Assembly (NCBI GenBank): GCA_964453345.1
Contig: CAYVOC010000005.1
Coordinates: 1-50,823 of the forward strand
DNA length: 50,823 nt
Direction of reading: 5' to 3'
Source: an uncultured Aquificales bacterium
GTDB lineage: Bacteria; Thermosulfidibacterota; Thermosulfidibacteria; Thermosulfidibacterales; Thermosulfidibacteraceae
Every line of letters starts with the position of its first letter. Position 1 is the first letter of the stretch. Under the pieces are notes generated by a model. It saw only the letters and a list, made by a program, of their open reading frames with translations, did no database searches and had not been told where the DNA came from. Below are positions 20,508-32,000 of the stretch, piece after piece. A program made the translations under genes and the position numbers.

Positions 20508-22307
20508 GTGGCCGAGAAGGATCTCATCCGGAACTTTTGCATAATAGCGCATATTGATCACGGCAAGTCCACCCTTGCCGACAGGCTCCTTGAGCACACA
20601 GGGGCTGTTCCCCCCAACAAGATGAGGGAACAGTTCCTGGATAAGATGGACATAGAACGGGAGAGGGGCATCACCATAAAGGCTCAGACCGTCCGCCTCA
20701 ATTACAGGGCGAAGGACGGGAAAAACTACATACTCAATCTCATAGACACCCCGGGGCACGTGGATTTCTCTTACGAGGTCTCCCGTTCCCTTGCGGCCTG
20801 TGAGGGTGCTCTTCTTGTGGTGGATGCCACCCAGGGGGTGGAGGCCCAGACCATCGCCAACGTTTACCTTGCCTTAGAACACGATCTTGAGATTATCCCT
20901 GTGATAAACAAGATAGATCTTCCAAGCGCAGACCCGGAGAAGGTTAAGAGGGAGATTGAGGAGGTAATAGGCATTGATGCTTCAGATGCCCTGCTGGTTT
21001 CGGCCAAGCTCGGCATTGGCACCGAGGATGTGCTTGAGGCGATAGTTAAGAGGGTTCCCCCTCCCAAGGGGGACGTGGATAAGCCTTTGAAAGCTTTGAT
21101 CTTTGATTCCTGGTATGACCCCTACAAGGGGGTTGTGACCACCATAAGGGTGATTGATGGCGTTATAAGAAAGGGGATGAAGATTCTGCTTATGTCCACC
21201 GGGAAGGTTTTTGAGGTGGAGGAGGTGGGGGTTTTTGCCCCGGATCCTGTGCCGGTGGATGAGCTTAAGGCAGGTGAGGTGGGCTACATCACCGCCGGTA
21301 TCAAGAATGTCAGGGACACAAGGGTGGGAGACACCATAACCGATGCTGCAAATCCCACTCCCGAGCCCTTCCCCGGCTTCAAGAAGGTCAAACCCATGGT
21401 CTTTGCCGGTTTATACCCCATAGATCCCGACGACTATCCGGATTTGAGGGAGGCCTTGGAGAAGCTTCAGTTGAACGATGCATCTTTAGTGTTTGAGCCT
21501 GAGTCCTCTGCTGCTTTGGGTTATGGGTTCAGATGCGGCTTTCTTGGAAGCCTTCATATGGAGATAGTGAAGGAGCGCCTTGAAAGGGAGTTTGAGTTAA
21601 GACTCATCGCCACGGCTCCCACCGTTGTCTATAAGGTGGTGAAGAGGAACGGGGAGGAGGTTTTCATAGATAATCCCGCCCATCTTCCGGATCCGGGAAG
21701 CATAGATCACATAGAGGAGCCCTACGTGCTTGCCACGGTGATAACCCCCGCGGAGTATGTGGGGGGCATCATAAATCTCTTTATAGAGCGGAGGGGAATT
21801 CAGAAGAGGCTTGAGTATATTGAGGGAAACAGGGTTATTCTGGAGTATGAGGTGCCCCTTGCCGAAATCCTCCTTGACTTCCACGATAAGCTGAAGACGG
21901 TGTCCAGGGGTTACGCCTCCATGGATTACGAGGTGATAGGGTATAAGGAGTCCGATCTGGTGAAGCTTGATATACTGATAAACGGAAAGCCCGTGGATGC
22001 CCTATCCGTTATTGTTCACAGGGATAAGGCCTACTACAGGGGCAGGGAGCTTGTGAAAAAGCTTAAAGAGATAATTCCCAGACAGCTCTTTGAGGTTGCC
22101 ATACAGGCGGCGATAGGCAGGAAGGTTATCGCCAGGGAGACGGTGAAGCCCCTGAGAAAGGATGTGCTTGCCAAGTGTTACGGCGGTGATGTCACCAGGA
22201 AAAGGAAGCTCCTTGAGAAGCAGAAGGAGGGCAAGAAACGCATGAAGATGATAGGTAAGGTTGAGATTCCACAGGAGGCCTTTCTTGCGGTCCTTAAGAA
22301 GGAGTGA
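20508..22307 (+). CDS. lepA: Translation elongation factor 4
   Basis: [59 protein letters not shown]. Confidence 0.98.
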   Translation: MAEKDLIRNFCIIAHIDHGKSTLADRLLEHTGAVPPNKMREQFLDKMDIERERGITIKAQTVRLNYRAKDGKNYILNLIDTPGHVDFSYEVSRSLAACEGALLVVDATQGVEAQTIANVYLALEHDLEIIPVINKIDLPSADPEKVKREIEEVIGIDASDALLVSAKLGIGTEDVLEAIVKRVPPPKGDVDKPLKALIFDSWYDPYKGVVTTIRVIDGVIRKGMKILLMSTGKVFEVEEVGVFAPDPVPVDELKAGEVGYITAGIKNVRDTRVGDTITDAANPTPEPFPGFKKVKPMVFAGLYPIDPDDYPDLREALEKLQLNDASLVFEPESSAALGYGFRCGFLGSLHMEIVKERLEREFELRLIATAPTVVYKVVKRNGEEVFIDNPAHLPDPGSIDHIEEPYVLATVITPAEYVGGIINLFIERRGIQKRLEYIEGNRVILEYEVPLAEILLDFHDKLKTVSRGYASMDYEVIGYKESDLVKLDILINGKPVDALSVIVHRDKAYYRGRELVKKLKEIIPRQLFEVAIQAAIGRKVIARETVKPLRKDVLAKCYGGDVTRKRKLLEKQKEGKKRMKMIGKVEIPQEAFLAVLKKE

Positions 22308-22311
22308 AGCG

Positions 22312-22920
22312 ATGGGGCAACAGGAGCAGGATTTTGGGGAGAGGCTGAAGGGATGGGTGAAGGATATAGCTGTTGCCCTTGTTATGGCCCTTATCATAAG
22401 GGCTTTGCTCATTCAGGCCTTTCGCATTCCCTCTGGATCCATGATTCCCACCCTCCTTGTGGGTGATCACATCCTCGTGGAGAAGGTGTCCTACAGGTTT
22501 CACAGGCCTGAGAGGCTTGATATTATAGTCTTTAAGTTTCCGCTGGATCCCAGCAAGGATTACATAAAGAGGGTGATAGGGCTTCCAGGTGATAGGGTTA
22601 AGATTGTAAACAAGGTGGTTTATGTGAACGGGAAGCCCCTTAAAGAACCCTATGTGCAGCACACGGATCCCAATGTTCTTCCCGCAGAGGTCTCTCCCAG
22701 GGACAACTACGGTCCGGTTGTGGTTCCCGCGCATCACTATTTTGTCATGGGAGATAACAGGGACAAAAGTTATGACAGCAGGTTCTGGGGATTTGTGCCT
22801 GAGAAGGATATCGTGGGCAGGGCTTTTATAATCTATTTCTCCTGCGATTCCAAAAGTTTCTTCAGCCTTAGGTGCTTTACCCATATAAGATGGAGAAGAA
22901 TAGGCAGATTGGTCCATTAG
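22312..22920 (+). CDS. lepB: Signal peptidase I
   Basis: TM helix, IPSGSMIPTL (Ser), YIKRVIGLPGD (Lys), MGDNRDKSYDSRFWG; ATG at 22312 after GGAG. Confidence 0.96.
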   Translation: MGQQEQDFGERLKGWVKDIAVALVMALIIRALLIQAFRIPSGSMIPTLLVGDHILVEKVSYRFHRPERLDIIVFKFPLDPSKDYIKRVIGLPGDRVKIVNKVVYVNGKPLKEPYVQHTDPNVLPAEVSPRDNYGPVVVPAHHYFVMGDNRDKSYDSRFWGFVPEKDIVGRAFIIYFSCDSKSFFSLRCFTHIRWRRIGRLVH

Positions 22921-23654
22921 CGGGCAAGCGGGTGGTTATAACCCGGGCTAAGGAGCAGGCGGGGTCCTTCGCCGAGCTTTTGAGGGCGGAAGGTGCCGTT
23001 CCTGTTCTGTTTCCCACCATAGCCTTTGCCCCCGTTGATCCGCCTGAGGGGTGGGTAAAGTGGCTTGATAGGGCCGATATGGTGATCTTTACGAGCTCTA
23101 ACGGGGTGAAGTTCTTTCTGGGGCTGCTTGAGAAAAACGGGCTTCCCTTTCCGGATCGTGCCAAGGTTGTGGCCATAGGTCCCGGAACCAGGAGAGCCGC
23201 TGAGAAGAGGGGTATAAGGGTGGATATTGTCCCCGAGAGATTCATAGCGGAGGGGATACTGGAGGTTCTGGGGGATGTTTCCGGAAGACACATACTCATT
23301 CCCCGGGCCAGGGTTGCGAGGGAGATCCTGCCCGAGGAGCTGAACAGGAGGGGGGCCGCTGTATATGTGTTGCCTGTTTACGAAACGGTTGTTCCGGAGC
23401 CGGATGAGTCCTCTGTTGAGGATCTTTTCCGCTGCCATGCAATCACCTTCACCAGCCCTTCCACCGTTGAGAACTTTGTCAAGATTCTGAAGCACAAAGC
23501 CCTTGAACTTTGCGCTTCCAAGGTAGTTGCCAGCATAGGGCCGATAACCACCAAAAGGGCTGAAGAGCTTGGGATAAGGGTTGATGTCACGGCCTCTGAG
23601 CATTCCGTAGAGGGGCTTCTTGAGGCTTTAAAGGAGCACTTTGCTAATCTATAA
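22890..23654 (+). CDS. hemD: Uroporphyrinogen-III synthase
   Basis: VVITRA, FTSSNGV, AIGPGT, VYETV, FTSPSTV, SIGPIT; start position uncertain. Confidence 0.9.
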   Translation: MEKNRQIGPLAGKRVVITRAKEQAGSFAELLRAEGAVPVLFPTIAFAPVDPPEGWVKWLDRADMVIFTSSNGVKFFLGLLEKNGLPFPDRAKVVAIGPGTRRAAEKRGIRVDIVPERFIAEGILEVLGDVSGRHILIPRARVAREILPEELNRRGAAVYVLPVYETVVPEPDESSVEDLFRCHAITFTSPSTVENFVKILKHKALELCASKVVASIGPITTKRAEELGIRVDVTASEHSVEGLLEALKEHFANL

Positions 23655-23687
23655 TTTGTTTGATCCCTTCGGAACTGGAGGTGGGTT

Positions 23688-24800
23688 ATGAGGTGGTTAT
23701 TGGCTTTTATCATCGCTGTGGCTTTCTCCGTTTGTGATGCTAAGGTGATAAAGGTGGGAAGCAGCATGGGCTTTACAGGTCCATACAGTATGCAGGTTAA
23801 GCAGATAGTAAACGGCATAAAGATGGCCTTTGATGAGGCAAACAGAAGGGAATACCTGGGTGGTGATAGATTGAAATTTATAGCCTACGATGATGGCTAC
23901 AATGCTGCAACCACTGTCTCGAATCTTCAGAAGCTCTTTAGCAAGGATAAAGTGGATTTTCTCCTTGCAGTTTTTGGAACCCCTCCCTCAATTGCCGCTG
24001 CTGAAAGGCTTGATTATTACAGATCTATAATGTTTTTCCCTATAACCGGTTTTTCCCAGATATACCGCGGAGAGATCTCCAGAAGGGTCTTCACACTGTT
24101 TCCCTCCTATCAGGATGAAGCGGAACAGTTGGTCGAGCTTGCCAAAAGGGATGGGGTCAGAAGTCTTGGGGTTGTCTATTATACTAACCTGTATGGTTTT
24201 GATGTGCTAAATGCTGTGGAGGGGAAGGCTAAGGTTTTCGGGATAAAGCTGTATAGGTATCCCCTTTCCTCCTATACCGATGTTTCCTCGGTTGTTGAGA
24301 AGGTGCTTTCCGAAAGGCCGGATGGGCTTCTTCTGGCGATACCCCTTTCCTACCTGAGGGGGGTTCTTGAAGGGCTGGCCAGGAACAACTTCTATCCTGC
24401 ACTCTATTCGGAGTTTTATTCGAGGGTGGCCGACGCCCTTGCCACCCTTCCACCTTCAAAGGCCAAGAAATTCAAGAGGGTATACACAGGTGTCTTTGTG
24501 CCGCTTTTGAACGAGAATTATCCTGTTGTTAAGAGTTACCTTGCCGCTGCAGAGAGGGCCGGGACCTCTCCCAATCTTGCTGAGTTCGGTGGGTATATGC
24601 TTGGAAGAACCCTTGTCCTTATCCTTAGAAGGGCTGGTGAGTGGCGCAACGCTGAGGATCTCATGAGGAAGGTGGAGTCCATAAGGAACCTGGATGTTGG
24701 TTTGCCCGAAAGGATCTCTTATTCCAAAAACGATCATGTGGGACTTACAAGGGTCTTCATCTACAGGGTGAGGGGAGGTTCCCTTGTTCCTGTAAGGTAG
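23688..24800 (+). CDS. Periplasmic substrate-binding protein, branched-chain amino acid (type I) family
   Basis: Signal peptide, FTGP, YDDGY, GTP, YG motifs typical of LivJ-like proteins. Confidence 0.8.
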   Translation: MRWLLAFIIAVAFSVCDAKVIKVGSSMGFTGPYSMQVKQIVNGIKMAFDEANRREYLGGDRLKFIAYDDGYNAATTVSNLQKLFSKDKVDFLLAVFGTPPSIAAAERLDYYRSIMFFPITGFSQIYRGEISRRVFTLFPSYQDEAEQLVELAKRDGVRSLGVVYYTNLYGFDVLNAVEGKAKVFGIKLYRYPLSSYTDVSSVVEKVLSERPDGLLLAIPLSYLRGVLEGLARNNFYPALYSEFYSRVADALATLPPSKAKKFKRVYTGVFVPLLNENYPVVKSYLAAAERAGTSPNLAEFGGYMLGRTLVLILRRAGEWRNAEDLMRKVESIRNLDVGLPERISYSKNDHVGLTRVFIYRVRGGSLVPVR

Positions 24801-25360
24801 GGGGCGATTTTCTCCATAAGCTCTTTGAGTATGCGGGCGGTCGCCCCCCATATGATCTCTCCCTGATACGGGATGAGGTAGGTTTCAAAGTCCACCCCTC
24901 TATACCTGTATAGGGTTGGCTTAAAGGGATACCGTTTAAGGATGTATTCGAGGGGAACGAAGAAGTATTTCTCTATCTCTCTTCTGTCAATCCTGAGACG
25001 GGGAAGGGTATCCATGAAGCCCACAAAGGGGTATATGGTGAAGTTGGTGCTTCTTGTGTCTATGGGCCTGAGGCTCCCGAGGATCTCTATTCTGTTTCTG
25101 GAGACACCTGTTTCCTCTTCGAACTCCCTGAGGGCGGTTTCCAAAAGGTTTCCGTCCTCAGCCTTGTAGCAGCCTCCCGGAAAGCAGACTTGCCCCCCGT
25201 GGGAATAACTGCTATCAACCTTTTTCAGGAATAGCAGATGCGGTTTCCCCTTGTCTTCGCAAAAGGGTATGATCACGGCGGAGGGAATGCGGTTGCTTTT
25301 TTCTGGTTTCGCTTCCTTTGGCGGTGCCAGTCTCTCTTTGAGCAGATTTTTTATGTTCAT
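24761..25360 (-). CDS. Nudix hydrolase, CoA pyrophosphatase (NudL-like)
   Basis: HGGQVCFPGG, Nudix box TALREFEEETG, IWGATARIL. Confidence 0.9.
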   Translation of the reverse strand: MNIKNLLKERLAPPKEAKPEKSNRIPSAVIIPFCEDKGKPHLLFLKKVDSSYSHGGQVCFPGGCYKAEDGNLLETALREFEEETGVSRNRIEILGSLRPIDTRSTNFTIYPFVGFMDTLPRLRIDRREIEKYFFVPLEYILKRYPFKPTLYRYRGVDFETYLIPYQGEIIWGATARILKELMEKIAPYLTGTREPPLTL

Positions 25361-25401
25361 GGATCAGGATATATCACTAAAGGGATGGGGAGTGTAGTCC
25401 C

Positions 25402-26223
25402 ATGCTCAAGGTTTGTTTTATAAGCATGAAGGGTGGAACCGGTAAGACGACGCTTTCGGTTCTCTTCTCCTATTACCTTGTCCAGAGGGGGTTGTCCGTT
25501 CTGCTTATGGACATGGATCCCCAGGGGAACGCCACCATAGCCCTTGCTGAGTCTAAGGTTTTTGACGATAGAGGTTTTTTGACTAAGGGTTTTCCCTTTG
25601 TGATTGAGAGCTTTTTGTCTCCGGGCTTCAGCAGGGAGGATTTTGGCAGGGTGGTCTCTTCCAACATTGAGGAGCTCGATTCTGTGAAGAGGGAGACAAA
25701 CTTTCATCTTCTTCCCAACTTCCTCGAGTCCCACAAATACGATCTGCATCTGGTCAGTAACCATGCCGTTCCGGTGTTTGTCAGGGAGATACTGGATTCC
25801 CTAAATGCGGGATACGACGCTGTTGTGATGGACTGTCCTCCCTATCTGTCGTCGCTCTCTTATGCTGCCCTGTATGGTGCGGATGTGATTGTTATTCCGG
25901 CAGAAGCGAGCAAGTTTGGGCTGGTGGGGGTGGAGCTGCTTCTGACCGTGGTTGGGGATGTTGTCAGAAGGAGAAACGCTCACTACAAGAACATTATCAT
26001 ACAGCCCAACAGGATAAAGAATACAAAGGCCTGCATCTTCTATCTTGAGGCCATGAGGGAGAAATACGCCCAGTTTGTCTCCCCGGTCTTTGTCAAGGAG
26101 ACGGTTGAGGTGCCGAGAATGGTGAGGGATGGTGTGCGATCCTTTGGCGTGGGGATGTCCGCCCAGAGGTTGCAGGCGGTGGAGGCTATGGAGGCCCTGT
26201 TTGATAAGGTCTTTGAGGAGTAG
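25402..26223 (+). CDS. parA: ParA/Soj family ATPase (divergent)
   Basis: Deviant Walker A KGGTGKTT, DMDPQGNAT, DCPP. Confidence 0.85.
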   Translation: MLKVCFISMKGGTGKTTLSVLFSYYLVQRGLSVLLMDMDPQGNATIALAESKVFDDRGFLTKGFPFVIESFLSPGFSREDFGRVVSSNIEELDSVKRETNFHLLPNFLESHKYDLHLVSNHAVPVFVREILDSLNAGYDAVVMDCPPYLSSLSYAALYGADVIVIPAEASKFGLVGVELLLTVVGDVVRRRNAHYKNIIIQPNRIKNTKACIFYLEAMREKYAQFVSPVFVKETVEVPRMVRDGVRSFGVGMSAQRLQAVEAMEALFDKVFEE

Positions 26224-26225
26224 CC

Positions 26226-27230
26226 ATGGGCAGGAAAGAGAAGGATAAGCTTTTTGAAGAACTTATGGGAACGGTTACGAGGGGAAGCAGTGCTCTGAAG
26301 CTTGAGGCTCTTACGGGCAGGATCTCCTCGGCCCTTGACGGTGCGGTTCCCAAGACGGATGCCATAAGGATCGCTGATATAGAGGTTAGACCCCAGGTCA
26401 GGAAGAGCTTTGATGAGGAGGAGATAGCTTCCTTGGCCGAGAGCATAAAGGAGCACGGGCTTCTGCAGCCCATAATAGTGGTGGAGAAGGGAGATGGCAG
26501 ATACCTGCTTGTTGCCGGTGAGAGGCGTCTCAGGGCGGCCAAGAAACTGGGCTGGTTTTCAATCCCCGCCATAGTGATACCCGAGAAGGATGAGGGAAGG
26601 CTGAAGGTTATACAGCTTGTGGAGAATCTCCAGCGAAAGGATCTCTCCCTTATGGAGAAGGCTGAAGGGATAAGGGATTACTTTGATCTGGTCTGGGGGA
26701 GGGAAGGCGGATCCGGTTCCCCCAACTTGGATGATCTCTGGCTCACCTTCTACTACATGAACGGTGGCAAGAGGGATAGGATAAAGGGGAGGCTTGAGCT
26801 GTATCAGAGGGTTGCCTCCATCTGTGGCGATGTTCTTGGAATGCCTGCAACGACCGTTCTTTTGTTCTATCTTGTCGCCAGCCTGCCGGAGAAGGTGAAA
26901 TCGGCGATTGAAGGTTTCAAGAACATATCCGCCACCCACCTAAGGATTCTCCTCCTCAACAGGAGACCTTCCGAGATGGATGGGGAGATTGTGGAGCTTC
27001 TGGAGGGCGCCGAAGAGAAGGGCATGGGCAGACGGGAGTTTGAGAGGCTTCTTCGGGGGAGGTTGCATAGGGGGTCTTCACAGAAGAGCGGTTCTTCTGA
27101 TCCCTTTGCCAAGGTGGATAGGTTTATGAAGGGTTTGATCAAGGGGCTTGATGATGACCTTAAAAAGAGGGTGCTGAAATACATTATAAGTAAAGCCGAG
27201 GCTGCGCTTATAAAGATAGACAACCCTTGA
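26226..27230 (+). CDS. parB: ParB/RepB/Spo0J family protein (divergent C-terminal half)
   Basis: QVRKSF, GLLQPIIV, AGERRLRAA arginine patch, ENLQRKDL. Confidence 0.85.
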   Translation: MGRKEKDKLFEELMGTVTRGSSALKLEALTGRISSALDGAVPKTDAIRIADIEVRPQVRKSFDEEEIASLAESIKEHGLLQPIIVVEKGDGRYLLVAGERRLRAAKKLGWFSIPAIVIPEKDEGRLKVIQLVENLQRKDLSLMEKAEGIRDYFDLVWGREGGSGSPNLDDLWLTFYYMNGGKRDRIKGRLELYQRVASICGDVLGMPATTVLLFYLVASLPEKVKSAIEGFKNISATHLRILLLNRRPSEMDGEIVELLEGAEEKGMGRREFERLLRGRLHRGSSQKSGSSDPFAKVDRFMKGLIKGLDDDLKKRVLKYIISKAEAALIKIDNP

Positions 27231-27242
27231 GGGAGGTGCACC

Positions 27243-28391
27243 ATGCTGGGGTTCAGATACTACAATCCGGTGAAGGTCTATTTCGGCAAGGGGGTTCTCA
27301 GGCACCTCGGGAAGGAGGTGGCGTCCTTTGGCAAGAAGGTCCTTTTCGTATACGGTATGGGAAGCATAAAGAAGACCGGTCTGTATGATAGGGTGGTTGA
27401 GCAGCTTAAAGAGGCTGGGGTTGAGATCGTTGAGCACGGTGGGGTTAAGCCCAATCCGGTTCTCTCCCACACGAGGGAGGGGGTTGAGAAGGCCAAAAGA
27501 GAAGGGGTTGATGTGGTTCTTGCGGTTGGCGGTGGAAGCGTCATAGATGAGGCCAAGGCCATAGCTGCAGGAGCCGTGGCCGATTGTGATGTGTGGGATT
27601 TCTTTGAGTTTAAGGCGCAGGTGAAAAGAGCCCTTCCCATTGTGACGGTGCTTACCATAAGCGGAACCGGTTCCGAAATGAATGCGGGGCTCGTTATAAC
27701 CAACGAGGAGAAGAAGGCCAAGTTCGGTTTCAGGGCGGAGCCCCTGTATCCAAGGGTCTCCTTCCTGGATCCCACCCTCACCTTTACGGTTCCTGCAGAT
27801 CAGACGGCCTACGGATCGGTTGACGCCTTCACCCATGTTTCGGAGGTTTACTGCAATGCTGCCGATATAAGGGCCGATGTGCCCAGGGGTATTATGGAGA
27901 CCATTATGAAGAGCATTGTTAAGTGGGCGCCTGTTGCCGTCAGGGAACCTGAAAACTACGAGGCAAGGGCCGAGCTTATGTGGTGCTCCTCCCTTGCCCT
28001 TTCGGGTATAACCTGGTGTGGTGCGGGGGATCTGGCCCTGCCTGCTCACATGATAGAGCATTCTCTGAGCGCCATATACGATGTTGCCCACGGGGCCGGA
28101 CTTGCCATAGTTGTTCCCGCCTGGATGAGGTATATGAGGGACAGGCAGAAAGAGCATCTTGAGCTGTTTGCCAAGAATGTCTTTGGCAAAGACAGCATTG
28201 ACCAAGGCATAGATGCCTTTGAGGACTGGATGAAGGGGTTGGGATGTCCCACAAGACTCGGCGATATAGGGGTTAAGGAATCCGATATACCGGAGATAGC
28301 CGAGAACGCCTACCAGCTTTCGGTGGTGTGGGGGATGTCGGATTTCTACACTGTAGAGGTAATAGGGGACATTCTCAGGCTTGCACTCTGA
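27243..28391 (+). CDS. Iron-containing alcohol dehydrogenase (butanol dehydrogenase-like)
   Basis: VGGGSVIDEAK, GTGSEMN, DAFTH..E, HMIEHSLSA..AHGAGL. Confidence 0.92.
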   Translation: MLGFRYYNPVKVYFGKGVLRHLGKEVASFGKKVLFVYGMGSIKKTGLYDRVVEQLKEAGVEIVEHGGVKPNPVLSHTREGVEKAKREGVDVVLAVGGGSVIDEAKAIAAGAVADCDVWDFFEFKAQVKRALPIVTVLTISGTGSEMNAGLVITNEEKKAKFGFRAEPLYPRVSFLDPTLTFTVPADQTAYGSVDAFTHVSEVYCNAADIRADVPRGIMETIMKSIVKWAPVAVREPENYEARAELMWCSSLALSGITWCGAGDLALPAHMIEHSLSAIYDVAHGAGLAIVVPAWMRYMRDRQKEHLELFAKNVFGKDSIDQGIDAFEDWMKGLGCPTRLGDIGVKESDIPEIAENAYQLSVVWGMSDFYTVEVIGDILRLAL

Positions 28392-29041
28392 TGGTTGACG
28401 CAGAGCTGCTTCTTGAGGTCTATCGCAGGATGCTTGAGAGGCTGGGCCGCCAGCACTGGTGGCCCGCCGATACTCCCTTTGAGGTGTGTGTGGGAGCCAT
28501 CCTCACCCAGAACACCAACTGGAGGAATGTGGAGAAGGCCATCTCCAACCTCAAGGATTCAGGACTTCTGAGACCCGATGCCATAGCTTCTATAAAAGAG
28601 GAAAGGCTGCAGGAGCTTATAAAACCCTCCGGTTTTTACAGGCAGAAGGCGAAAAGGTTGAAGAGGTTTTGCGAGTGGCTTGTTGGGGTAGGGGGAATCG
28701 ATTCCCTCAGAGAGTGGGAGACGGAGCGTTTGAGGGAGGAGCTTCTCTCGATTCCCGGTATAGGTCCTGAGACGGCCGATTCTATTCTGCTGTATGCCTT
28801 TGACAGACCCGTTTTTGTGGTGGACGCTTACACCTACAGGATCTTTGTCAGGCACGGGCTTGTGGATGAGGATGTGGGCTATGATGAGTTGCAGGAGCTT
28901 TTCATGAGGAATCTTCCGCCGGATGTGGATATGTTTAAGGAGTATCACGCCCTTCTGGTTGAGGTCGGAAAGAGGTTCTGCAAGAGGAGAAAGCCTGACT
29001 GTGGAGGTTGTCCCCTTGAAGGAATCGATAGCCTACTTTGA
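28391..29041 (+). CDS. HhH-GPD DNA glycosylase, endonuclease III-related
   Basis: GAILTQNTNW, GFYRQKA, HhH GIGPETADSILLYA, VVDAYT, C-terminal C-X6-C-X2-C; ATG overlaps the upstream TGA. Confidence 0.88.
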   Translation: MVDAELLLEVYRRMLERLGRQHWWPADTPFEVCVGAILTQNTNWRNVEKAISNLKDSGLLRPDAIASIKEERLQELIKPSGFYRQKAKRLKRFCEWLVGVGGIDSLREWETERLREELLSIPGIGPETADSILLYAFDRPVFVVDAYTYRIFVRHGLVDEDVGYDELQELFMRNLPPDVDMFKEYHALLVEVGKRFCKRRKPDCGGCPLEGIDSLL

Positions 29042-32000
29042 CAACTACTGCCCCAACTGCTTCGGTCGCGTGGATGACCTGAGGCTGGAAGAAGTCGGGG
29101 TATGTGCAGGATGCATCGGAAGGGCTGAAGGGGAAAAGCCCTGTGAAGCGTTAAGAAAAGCCGGCATCCTGAAGGGGCTGTCCGATGTTTGCGAGGCCAA
29201 GGAGAGGGTGAACCGGTTCACCCAATTCTTCACGGATGTCGTGGGTGAAAAACCGTGGTCTCTCCAGGTGATATGGGCGAAGAGGGTCTTGATGGGAAGA
29301 TCCTTCGCCATTCAGGCTCCAACGGGCATAGGTAAGACCACCTTCGGGATGGTTATGGCGGCTTTTTTAGGTTGCAGAAGCTACATAATTCTCCCCACAA
29401 AGCTCCTCGTCGAGCAGGTTAGGGAGAGGCTCTCTTCCTTCTGCCACAAGAGGATTGTGGCATACACGGGGAAGAAATCCGAGAAGAGGGCCATAGAGGA
29501 GGGGGATTTTGAGATTCTCATAACCACCCACGCCTTCCTCCAGAGGAATATTGATATCCTGAAGCATGAATTCGGGTTTGTCTTCGTTGATGATGTGGAT
29601 TCCGTTCTCAAGAATCCCAAGAATGTGGATTATCTTTTCAGGATACTTGGACTTGAGCAGTGGGAGATTGATGAGGCCCTGAGGACGGATGATGAGGGCA
29701 GGCTGGAGGTGATAAAGGACAAGATAAAGGGGGTTCTTGTTGTCTCCTCTGCCACCCTTAGGCCCAGAACTCCCAGGATTGCCCTTTTCAGAAGGCTTTT
29801 AGGATTCGATATCCAGGGCTCGGTTTCAACCCTCAGGGAGGTTGAGGATCTGTATGAGGTTGTTGGCAGCTGGGAGGAGGCCCTCGCAAGGGCCGCTGAG
29901 CTTGCCGGAAAGATCGGGAGGGGCATCTTCATGTTTGTCTCTCCCGATGCCGGGAAGGAGGGGGTGGAGAGGGTTGTGGCCTTTTTGAGGGAGAGGGGGA
30001 TATCTGCTGTCTCCTATCAGGAGTTCTCCGAGCGTGTGGATGATTTTGTAGAGGGGAGGGTTCAGGTTGCTGTCGGCATAGCCATCTCCACCAATGCCCT
30101 TGTGAGGGGCGTGGATCTTCCCCGGGCCGTCAGGGCCGCCATCTTCATTGATGTTCCCAAGTTTCTGTTTCCCCTGAGGCTGGAGCCTGATCCTTCCAGA
30201 CTCTTCCAGCTTATACGCATCCTGGCAGATGCCATAGAAGACGAAAGGCTGGTGGAGTATCTTGCCTATCTCAGGCGCTACTCCACCATGAGGGCACAGC
30301 AGCTTGATAGGTATCCTCCCGTGAAGAGACGGGTGGAGGAGATATGCGCTTACTTGGAAAAGCTTTTCAAAAGCGAGGATTTTAAAAGGGCCGTTGCCGA
30401 TAATCCCAAGCTTTACATAAAGGATGTGGATGGAGAGCCCCACCTGGTTGTGGGAGACGCCACAAGCTATATCCAGGCATCCGGCAGAACCTCAAGGCTT
30501 GTCCCCGGTGGCATAACCAAGGGCCTTTCCATTGTGCTTGTGGTGGATGAGAAGGCCTTTTCTTCTTTAACGAGGAGGGTTCGTTATCTTTTACCCGCCG
30601 AGACCATCTTCAAACCTCTGAGGGATGCGGATCTCCATAGGATTCTCGAGGAGGTCGAGAGAAGCAGGGTTGTGTCCACCAAGGGCAGAAAGGAACTTTT
30701 CAGAAGTGCCCTTGTGGTTGTTGAGTCTCCGAATAAGGCGAGGACCATCTCCAGCTTTTTCGGCAAGCCCCACCGGAGGTGGCTGGGATCCTTGGTATCC
30801 TATGAGGTCTCCGTTGGCACCCTTTACCTTGTGATCACCGCCTCTGTGGGGCATGTGGTGGATCTTGCAACCTCCCCCGGTTTTTTCGGGGTGCTTGAGG
30901 AGGGGAACCGGTTCATCCCCGTGTATGGAACCATAAAGAGGTGCTCCTGCGGAAATCAGTTGGTGGATAACCTGTGCCCCAAGTGCAAGCAGGTGGTCAG
31001 CGATAAGCTTGATCTTATAGAAAGACTCAGAAGGCTGGCCTTTGAGGTGGATGAAGTATACATAGCCACCGACCCGGATGCCGAAGGGGAGAAGATAGCC
31101 TGGGATCTTTATCTTGCACTAAGGCCCTTCAACTCCAATATCCTGAGGGCGGAGTTTCACGAGGTGACCCCTGCCGCCTTCAAAAGGGCGCTTGATGAAA
31201 AAAGAAGCGTGGATATGGACAGGGTCAAGGCCCAGATAGTGAGAAGGGTAGCTGACAGGTGGGTTGGCTTCACCCTCTCCCAGAGGCTTCAGAGGCACTT
31301 CGGAAACAGAAACCTTTCCGCCGGCAGGGTCCAGACGCCTGTTCTGGGGTGGGTTATAGAGAGGGATCGGGAGACCAAGGAAAGGGTAGGGGTGCTTGAG
31401 ATAGGGCTCGGGGATGCGGTTTTAAGGATAACAGGTGATCCCGCTACCCTCAGAGAAGCTTACAAAAACAAGGAAGAGTTGATGCTGGAAGTTTCCCGGC
31501 CCTTTGAGGATACGATAAATCCTTTGCCTCCCTACACCACGAGCGAGCTTTTAAGGGATGCTTCAACGCGTCTTAAGCTTTCGGCAGAGGATACAATGAG
31601 GCTGGCTCAATCCCTTTTTGAGGAAGGCTATATAACCTACCACAGGACCGATTCCACAAGGGTTTCGGCCTACGGCATCAGGGTCGCCAAGGACTACATA
31701 GAGGAGAAGTATCCCGGACTCTTCAAGCCGAGGGGATGGGGAGAGGGAGGAGCCCATGAGTGTATAAGACCCACCAGAGCCATTCCCCCTGAGCAGCTGA
31801 AGCTTATGAGGGAGTCGGGAGAGGTGGAGCTCGACAAGAGGGCTGTGGATCTATATTCGCTTATCTTTCAGAGATTTATGGCTTCTCAGATGAGGGAGGC
31901 TGTGGTTCGCAAGGTCAGGGTTAAAGTGCAGCTGGACGGGCTCTGCGGAGAAGAGGAATTCATCGTTGAGGTTGTTGATCCCGGCTTTACCCTTATAAGC

